A stretch of DNA of 5,745 bases, taken from contig JADFSZ010000116.1 in the NCBI GenBank assembly GCA_022560555.1, positions 1-5,745 on the forward strand. Direction: 5' to 3'. Positions 1 through 4,399 of this stretch are shown here, piece after piece. Under the pieces are notes generated by a model. That model was not told the DNA's origin. It saw only the letters and a program-made list of their open reading frames with translations, and did no database searches. A program made the translations under genes and the position numbers. This DNA comes from PVC group bacterium (GTDB lineage Bacteria > GCA-001730085 > JADFSZ01). Each line of letters starts with the position of its first letter. The stretch's first letter is position 1.

Positions 1-5
1 AAATC

Positions 6-506
6 ATGAAAAAATTACTCATAACAATGATGGCTTTAATGCTGATGGTTGGTATAAGCGCATCTGCAGATGCGGCGACCCCAACAGACACTATCAATGT
101 GACCGTCACCATTACTGCTAGCGGAGTCAGTGTCGTTGTGACTCCTGATGCTTGGGCGATCAGTGACATAGATGCATCGGACTCACCGACTACCGTTGGT
201 ATCGGTCCGGATTTCTTCACGGCGCTCAATGACAGTAATGCGAGTGAAGATCTTACGCTTAGTTCAGCAAGTAGTGATGACTGGACATTCGCTAACACAC
301 CTGGCGCTGATCAGTTCGGAATGAACTTTAGCACCGGCGGAGCGTTGCCAGTGTGGAACACGATTGACTCTTCAACGGGTGGCGAACTAGCAACTGGCTT
401 GGGAGCAGGTGCAGTTCGGACATTCGATTTACAATTGGAAGCGCCGACTTCAACCACGGTCGGAGGAACTCAGCAGACAATTGTTGTCACAGTGACAGCA
501 TCGTAA
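6..506 (+). CDS. Secreted, acidic Thr/Ser-rich small protein (166 aa), possibly a structural subunit; family not recognised
   Basis: ATG at 6. The N-terminus MKKLLITMMALMLMVGISASADA has the basic n-region, hydrophobic core and ASA/ADA cleavage motif of an SPase I signal peptide, with no lipobox Cys. The mature part has no Cys, His or Lys and a single Arg. It is rich in T/S/G/D and has strand-like alternating patterns (TINVTVTITASGVSVVVTP near the N-terminus, TIVVTVTAS at the C-terminus). Only 5 nt precede the start, so no RBS or promoter can be seen. Confidence 0.8.
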   Translation: MKKLLITMMALMLMVGISASADAATPTDTINVTVTITASGVSVVVTPDAWAISDIDASDSPTTVGIGPDFFTALNDSNASEDLTLSSASSDDWTFANTPGADQFGMNFSTGGALPVWNTIDSSTGGELATGLGAGAVRTFDLQLEAPTSTTVGGTQQTIVVTVTAS

Positions 507-528
507 GAGGAAGCCAAAACGATAGATA

Positions 529-560
529 TCTCACCCCGCCTTTTTGAAGGCGGGGTGGGA
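529..560 (+). terminator. GC-rich stem-loop between gene 1 and gene 2, possibly a partial terminator or mRNA-stabilising hairpin (no U-tract)
   Basis: CACCCCGCC (532-540) pairs perfectly with GGCGGGGTG (549-557). The stem can extend outward through 529-531/558-560 (one G-U pair) and inward by two T-A pairs, leaving a TTTG loop. It begins 23 nt after the gene 1 stop codon. The downstream sequence GCGTCTATTACC has no T-run, so it is not a canonical intrinsic terminator. Confidence 0.45.
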
Positions 561-601
561 GCGTCTATTACCATGTCAAAAATAGATAACAAGGGATAAC
601 T

Positions 602-1549
602 ATGAAAAAAAATTTACACTTCATAAGTTTGATAATTATTTTGTCAGGTGTCTTTATCATTCATAATCTTTATGCCGAAGAAGAAACACCGCCTCCAAAA
701 GAAATGGGTCTCAGGGTTGAACCCGGCGGCATGCTGGTTCAATATGTCCCCATAGGCATCACTTATGATTTTAAGAAAGAAGTGGGAATCCCTCTCACGA
801 TTTACAACCGGGATGACCGGGCGCATACCTATGTGCTCACAACGAACAAACCCTCCACGGTCGCGGCAAGAAAATGGCTGAAGGGTTATATTGAAATTCC
901 CAATCCCACGTGGTTTTGGTTTGATCAAAACGAGATCACCGTCCCCGCTCAGGGTACGGCCGAGGTCAATATGTATCTCAAAACTCCGGATGCTGAAAAA
1001 TATTACAATCAGCACTGGGCGATTTCCCTGGGAGTCAGCGGCAAACCCGGATCGGGACAACTGTTTGCTTTGGCCGTCTTTCCGCGCGTTGAGATTGAAA
1101 CATTGAGTAAAGATGATGCCAACGAAAATCCCCAGGGCATATTGGCGACCATGCCGAGCACGCTTGCCTTTGAAGATGTTGCTTTGGGAACAAAAGAGTC
1201 GAGAACGCTTCGAATATTTAACAATAGTGACAAAAAAAATCAATACAAACTGACACCGATGATTTTTCCCGCAGATCCGGCCAAAAGGCAAATATTTCCG
1301 TCGCCGACATACTCCTGGATCCCGGAGGTGAAATGGATTAAGGCGGACAAGAAAAAAATCCGGATCAACCCGAGGGAAGACGCGGAGGTAACGATCAGCA
1401 TAAAAATCCCCGTTGATAAAGAGCATTATCATCGCAAATGGGAAGCGATATTGTTTATTGAACCGGAAGTTGGGATTTCGGCCTTTGCGCGCATTCAAAT
1501 CGAAACGAAATCTGAAAATGAAAACATTGCAAAAGAGAATAGCGATTAA
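602..1549 (+). CDS. Secreted or periplasmic protein (315 aa) built from two tandem beta-rich repeats; family not recognised
   Basis: AAGGGA (591-596) lies 5 nt upstream of the ATG at 602. The N-terminus MKKNLHFISLIIILSGVFIIHNLYA-EEE looks like a signal peptide or N-terminal anchor. The two halves align by eye and both end in R-[VI]-[EQ]-I-E-T (FPRVEIET, FARIQIET). They also share I-x-N-x-x-D, W-x(7-9)-I-x-[VI]-x-[PA], AEV and Y-x-x-x-W-[AE]-[IA] positions. There is no C-terminal hydrophobic anchor; the tail is KSENENIAKENSD. Confidence 0.8.
   Translation: MKKNLHFISLIIILSGVFIIHNLYAEEETPPPKEMGLRVEPGGMLVQYVPIGITYDFKKEVGIPLTIYNRDDRAHTYVLTTNKPSTVAARKWLKGYIEIPNPTWFWFDQNEITVPAQGTAEVNMYLKTPDAEKYYNQHWAISLGVSGKPGSGQLFALAVFPRVEIETLSKDDANENPQGILATMPSTLAFEDVALGTKESRTLRIFNNSDKKNQYKLTPMIFPADPAKRQIFPSPTYSWIPEVKWIKADKKKIRINPREDAEVTISIKIPVDKEHYHRKWEAILFIEPEVGISAFARIQIETKSENENIAKENSD
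704..1507 (+). repeat. Protein-level tandem duplication inside the 315-aa ORF (repeat 1 about nt 704-1102, repeat 2 about nt 1139-1507)
   Basis: Repeat 1 (aa 35-167): ..PLTIYNRDDRAHTYVLT..WFWFDQNEITVPAQGTAEVNMYLKTPDAEKYYNQHWAISLGV..FPRVEIET. Repeat 2 (aa 180-302): ..TLRIFNNSDKKNQYKLT..WIKADKKKIRINPREDAEVTISIKIPVDKEHYHRKWEAILFI..FARIQIET. The similarity is at amino-acid level only, so the duplication is old. Boundaries are approximate. Confidence 0.6.
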
Positions 1550-2342
1550 TTTACCCAGGACGGCCCTGTGGATCTTTTTCTTGATTCTTGCCTCTCCGCA
1601 AGCCGGATGGGCCGCGTCGAGCGGGTCGGTGGCTATTACCGTCACGATCGAACAGATCGCGGGTGTTGAAGTTTCGGCCCCAACGGATCAATCCGGAGAT
1701 CCTAACGAGACATTAAACTATCTTTTTAATGTAGAAAACACGGGTTCGGGTCCCGACAATTTTGATTTAACAACTGAATCGACGGAACGTTTCCGGGTCA
1801 ATTTGCCGCAAGGAAAGAAAACCGGAATCCTGAATCCCGGCGATATCGCTGCTGTTTCGGTTGAAACAACGATTCCCGAGGGTGAGGCGGCCGGGGTCCA
1901 AGACATCCTGACACTTAAAGCAAAATCCCAGATCAATCGAAAAGTGTTTGATACAGATTTTGTCACGACAACGGTAAACACGGCCGCGGGAATTCATATC
2001 GATCCGCCGCGGGACAAATCAGATCAGCCCGGCAAAACAGTTTCCTATAACTTTACATTAGCCAATAGCGGGAATGTGATTGATCAGTATCAATTGATCG
2101 CAACATCGTCTTCGGGATGGAGCGTTGCGCTTCCCGAAGGAAATCTCAGCGACTCCCTCGCTTTTGGAAAGGGAGGCGGCACAAAGCAGCAGATTGCGGT
2201 TGAGATCACGATTGATACGAATGCAGCGGATGGAACGATTGACACGCTGACTTTACGGGGCACGTCTCTCTTTGATCCTTCAGTTTTTCAGGAAGTTTTT
2301 GTAAACACAACAGCCGTGATCCGCGGCCGGAACCAACCCTAA
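1518..2342 (+). CDS. Secreted protein (274 aa from the ATG at 1518) with two tandem NEW3/CARDB/DUF11-like beta-sandwich modules
   Basis: The track ORF starts at 1413, but Met36 (ATG 1518-1520) gives a textbook signal peptide: MKTLQKRIAINLPRTALWIFFLILASPQAGWA-ASS. The two modules share one pattern. Module 1: GDPNETLNYLFNVENTGSGPDNFDL..LNPGDIAAVSVETTIPEGEAAGVQDILTLKAKS. Module 2: DQPGKTVSYNFTLANSGNVIDQYQL..SSGWSVALP..QQIAVEITIDTNAADGTIDTLTLRGTS. This is the pattern I associate with the NPCBM-associated NEW3, CARDB and DUF11 repeat domains. There is no clear SD, and the start overlaps the upstream gene by 32 nt. Confidence 0.75.
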   Translation: MKTLQKRIAINLPRTALWIFFLILASPQAGWAASSGSVAITVTIEQIAGVEVSAPTDQSGDPNETLNYLFNVENTGSGPDNFDLTTESTERFRVNLPQGKKTGILNPGDIAAVSVETTIPEGEAAGVQDILTLKAKSQINRKVFDTDFVTTTVNTAAGIHIDPPRDKSDQPGKTVSYNFTLANSGNVIDQYQLIATSSSGWSVALPEGNLSDSLAFGKGGGTKQQIAVEITIDTNAADGTIDTLTLRGTSLFDPSVFQEVFVNTTAVIRGRNQP

Positions 2343-2365
2343 CGATATCGGCAGGAGCCCTGTTT

Positions 2366-3112
2366 TTATGATTTGTTTAAAAAAACAATGATGTTTTTTA
2401 TGACAAGAGTGACGGCACTAACTGAACAGATTCCTAAAACAACTGTACGGATACGTCCCTGATCCAAGAATGCGGAAAGCCTGGGGGATATCCAGTACCC
2501 TATTAACATCCCCGGAGCAAGGAGGATTCCTATCACGAAATGTTTCATTCCCCACAAACCACCCAACCACATGACGGCGAGCATACCTAGAGACCCAAAA
2601 AAGAAGAGAAATGCCAAAAGCGCCCGTAGACGATTCCCAGGTTCATCCTGATACATCAAAGCTAAAGGCGGCGCACCAATCCCGGTTGTTGAACCCATAA
2701 ACCCGGAAATGGTTCCGATGAGCACCTGGTTTTTCCGAGTCTTTTGGATACGGTTTCCCTTAATGCTGAGAACAACAGCCAAAAGGATAATGATGCTAAA
2801 AATAAATCCAAGGAGTTTGGAATCTACGACACGAACTAAGGCCACTCCGAATATGGCACCGATAAAAATCCCTATCAGGTCCGGAATCACTTCCGTGGGG
2901 TGAAATTCGCGGCGCCCTCGATAGGCCATTTGACTTGTCAGAATCAGACTGGCAAGAATAATCGGCGCCGGCACAAAAACGGGATTGATCAACAACAATA
3001 TCGGAACGGCTATCAAGCCGGCCCCCAAACCCACCGAGGCCTGCACCGTTGCACCAAAAACAATAGCTAAGATAGCTCCGACATAATGCGCTAAGCTAAA
3101 ACCTAATTCCAT
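2366..3112 (-). CDS. TSUP (TauE/SafE, formerly DUF81) family anion/sulfite-exporter-like permease, 248 aa
   Basis: ATG at 3112. The protein is hydrophobic throughout, with about 8 predicted TM segments in a 4+4 internal repeat. Family-typical glycine-rich motifs appear near the start of each half: VGLGAGLIAVPILLL, and ISGFMGSTTGIGAPPLAL in the second half. No obvious SD. The substrate cannot be inferred. Confidence 0.85.
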   Translation of the reverse strand: MELGFSLAHYVGAILAIVFGATVQASVGLGAGLIAVPILLLINPVFVPAPIILASLILTSQMAYRGRREFHPTEVIPDLIGIFIGAIFGVALVRVVDSKLLGFIFSIIILLAVVLSIKGNRIQKTRKNQVLIGTISGFMGSTTGIGAPPLALMYQDEPGNRLRALLAFLFFFGSLGMLAVMWLGGLWGMKHFVIGILLAPGMLIGYWISPRLSAFLDQGRIRTVVLGICSVSAVTLVIKNIIVFLNKS

Positions 3113-3170
3113 ATTTTAAGGATAGTATTTTCTTGGAACATAATGAACATTTTTAAAATTCCATTTTTAA

Positions 3171-3560
3171 CTACAGTTCATGTTCTTTTTCATTAACTTC
3201 AAATTCTTCAGTTTTTTCTTTTTCAACAGTAAGGCTCCATACTCTTATATTGCCGGTGAGGCCAAGCCCAAGCTTTTTGGGATGTTCACCACCCAAACTC
3301 CGGTAGTATTTTTCTATAAGATCATAAACCTTTCTTTTATTATTAATCCCCACCTTATCATCCGGGACATTTTTCATATCAGTGATTTTCCCTTCAAGAT
3401 CGCTGCCGGCCGATTGTTTAATATCTGTATGGAGGTTACGATGCGTTCGACCATCGACATGAAGATCATAATATACTCTAGATATCATGTTTTTTTCATC
3501 ACTTCCGAAATCTTTGGAGTCCAACACACATTTATTAAAGATCATTTTTGCCTTTTTCAT
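3171..3560 (-). CDS. Hypothetical soluble, highly charged protein (129 aa); no family recognised
   Basis: A strong SD, AGGAGG (3572..3567), lies 6 nt upstream of the ATG at 3560. There is no hydrophobic segment. By my count 47 of 129 residues are K/R/D/E (about 36%), and the tail is acidic (EKEKTEEFEVNEKEHEL). I saw no Walker, nuclease, peptidase or HTH motif. Confidence 0.7.
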   Translation of the reverse strand: MKKAKMIFNKCVLDSKDFGSDEKNMISRVYYDLHVDGRTHRNLHTDIKQSAGSDLEGKITDMKNVPDDKVGINNKRKVYDLIEKYYRSLGGEHPKKLGLGLTGNIRVWSLTVEKEKTEEFEVNEKEHEL

Positions 3561-3566
3561 TCTCTG

Positions 3567-3572
3567 CCTCCT
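3567..3572 (-). promoter_or_regulatory. Shine-Dalgarno AGGAGG for the 129-aa gene, one nt after the stop codon of the 144-aa gene
   Basis: The minus strand reads TGA-A-AGGAGG-CAGAGA-ATG. The TGA (3576..3574) ends the 144-aa ORF and the ATG (3560..3558) starts the 129-aa ORF. This arrangement suggests the two genes are translated from one transcript. Confidence 0.6.
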
Positions 3573-3573
3573 T

Positions 3574-4008
3574 TCAATGAATTAATATTTTTGGCTTCCT
3601 CTTATCGTCATCCTCCTCCCATATGTCTTTACATCTATATCCGTAGATGAACATAGCGATATATTGCGGAATAAGAAGGAGAAAAATCCAAACAACAATA
3701 AACATGTCAAATATCATATCCATAAACATTCCTAGGGCGTAATTTTCTTTATATATATTGGACAGGACAAAGCCATTGTGGATGAAAAACCAAAACAAAC
3801 TCATGAGCCACCATATTCTCCAGAGGATATAATTAAGAATTTTCTTTTTAAAAGTATAGCCATAAACCGCAAGAAGATCTATAGGTGAAAGATGTGTCAC
3901 TAGGGTATCAAGAAGTTTTATCGGGGCATACATAAAAAAATAGGGAAATAAAATAAAGGAAGAAACGCTCAATGTAAACACAATCCAAAAATAAATCTTC
4001 CAGAACAT
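3574..4008 (-). CDS. Hypothetical polytopic membrane protein (144 aa), aromatic-rich, with a charged C-terminal tail
   Basis: AAGGA lies 7 nt upstream of the ATG at 4008. There are about four hydrophobic segments: FWKIYFWIVFTLSVSSFILFPYFFMY, IDLLAVYGYTF, ILWRIWWLMSLFWFFIHNGFVL and MFMDMIFDMFIVVWIFLLLIPQYIAMFIYGY. The tail is a charged soluble segment, CKDIWEEDDDKRKPKILIH. No family recognised. Confidence 0.7.
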   Translation of the reverse strand: MFWKIYFWIVFTLSVSSFILFPYFFMYAPIKLLDTLVTHLSPIDLLAVYGYTFKKKILNYILWRIWWLMSLFWFFIHNGFVLSNIYKENYALGMFMDMIFDMFIVVWIFLLLIPQYIAMFIYGYRCKDIWEEDDDKRKPKILIH

Positions 4009-4044
4009 TCATCTTTCCTTATAATAAATCAATAGAATGCGAAT

Positions 4045-4070
4045 ATTATACACCTTTTTGTTATTGGCAA
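4045..4070 (-). promoter_or_regulatory. Candidate internal sigma70-like promoter for the 144-aa/129-aa gene pair
   Basis: The minus strand has a perfect TATAAT (4050..4045) 36 nt upstream of the ATG at 4008. TTGCCA (4070..4065) lies upstream of it, but the spacer is only 14 nt, which is suboptimal. The -35-like hexamer sits within the last codons of the 104-aa gene. AT-rich DNA produces such matches easily. Confidence 0.3.
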
Positions 4071-4375
4071 GAAATAATGACTAAGCCTACAAGCAAAATA
4101 CCCCAAATGGTGATTTTAGTTGTTAAGAACCCTATAAAGAACCCCAAATCTATTTTGTGAAGTTTTTGTGATTTATACAATCGAACATTGTAGAGATAAT
4201 AGGCGAAAAGGATAAAATAGCCAAATGCGCTTGGCCAAATGACAGGCTCTTGATAAACACAAAAGTCCAAAAAATAGATCGCTAAAACCAGATAATACGA
4301 AATCGCGTACGGAACACAACAATCATGACGGTAAAAATTGTAAATCTTCGAAAACAGTCCAAAGATTTTTTTCAT
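4061..4375 (-). CDS. Hypothetical small membrane protein (104 aa from the ATG at 4375; the track ORF begins at a GTG at 4384)
   Basis: The minus strand reads GAGGTGA-GATTG-ATG, an SD-like element 5 nt before the ATG at 4375..4373, so I prefer this start to the GTG at 4384. Three hydrophobic segments are present: YAISYYLVLAIYFLDFCVY, SAFGYFILFAYYLYNV and LGFFIGFLTTKITIWGILLVGLVIIS. A vicinal Cys pair occurs in HDCCVPY. The gene starts 24 nt after the ychF stop. No family recognised. Confidence 0.6.
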   Translation of the reverse strand: MKKIFGLFSKIYNFYRHDCCVPYAISYYLVLAIYFLDFCVYQEPVIWPSAFGYFILFAYYLYNVRLYKSQKLHKIDLGFFIGFLTTKITIWGILLVGLVIISCQ

Positions 4376-4399
4376 CAATCTCACCTCAACTCTTTTATG

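Noticed and set aside
573-599. An 8-codon mini-ORF (ATG TCA AAA ATA GAT AAC AAG GGA TAA) ending 2 nt before the gene 2 start and covering its RBS
   Set aside because: It could be a coupling or leader uORF. However, it has no properly spaced SD, since the nearest GGGAG lies in the hairpin arm 11 nt away. An ORF this short is expected by chance.
1413-1517. The track start (ATG 1413) of gene 3, which adds 35 N-terminal residues (MIKSIIIANGKRYCLLNRKLGFRPLRAFKSKRNLK)
   Set aside because: The extension lies wholly inside gene 2 in another frame and would bury the clear signal peptide that begins at Met36. The ATG at 1518 is the more plausible start.
644-1645. A 333-aa ORF on the minus strand, antisense to the whole of secreted gene 2
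   Set aside because: It is a shadow ORF. Its translation is Arg/Phe-rich and low in complexity (RFRFDLNARKGRNPNFRFNKQYRF...), with no signal peptide, TM segment or domain-like pattern, and no SD at its start. The plus-strand ORF has an RBS, a signal peptide and an internally consistent tandem-repeat architecture.
2343-2365. The 23-nt convergent gap between secreted gene 3 and the TSUP gene, checked for a bidirectional terminator
   Set aside because: Only a 3-bp GGC/GCC pairing and an AT-only TTTGTTT/AAACAAA stem inside the TSUP 3' end are present. Neither is stable enough to call.
891-2903. Small internal ORFs (891..1106 +, 1009..1233 -, 1718..1981 -, 1767..1997 -, 2709..2903 +)
   Set aside because: Each is fully nested in a longer, better-supported gene in another frame or on the other strand. 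Their translations are Arg/Ser/Pro-rich with no distinguishing features.
3180-3650. A 156-aa plus-strand ORF antisense to the 129-aa gene
   Set aside because: It is a Phe/Ile-rich translation typical of the antisense frame of AT-rich coding DNA. It has no RBS. The minus-strand gene has a perfect AGGAGG SD and fits the operon.
4376-4384. The GTG start at 4384 for the first small membrane gene (MRLMKK...)
   Set aside because: The GTG lies inside the SD-like GAGGTGA element itself. The ATG at 4375, 5 nt downstream of that element, is the better-placed start. This changes the length by only 3 aa.
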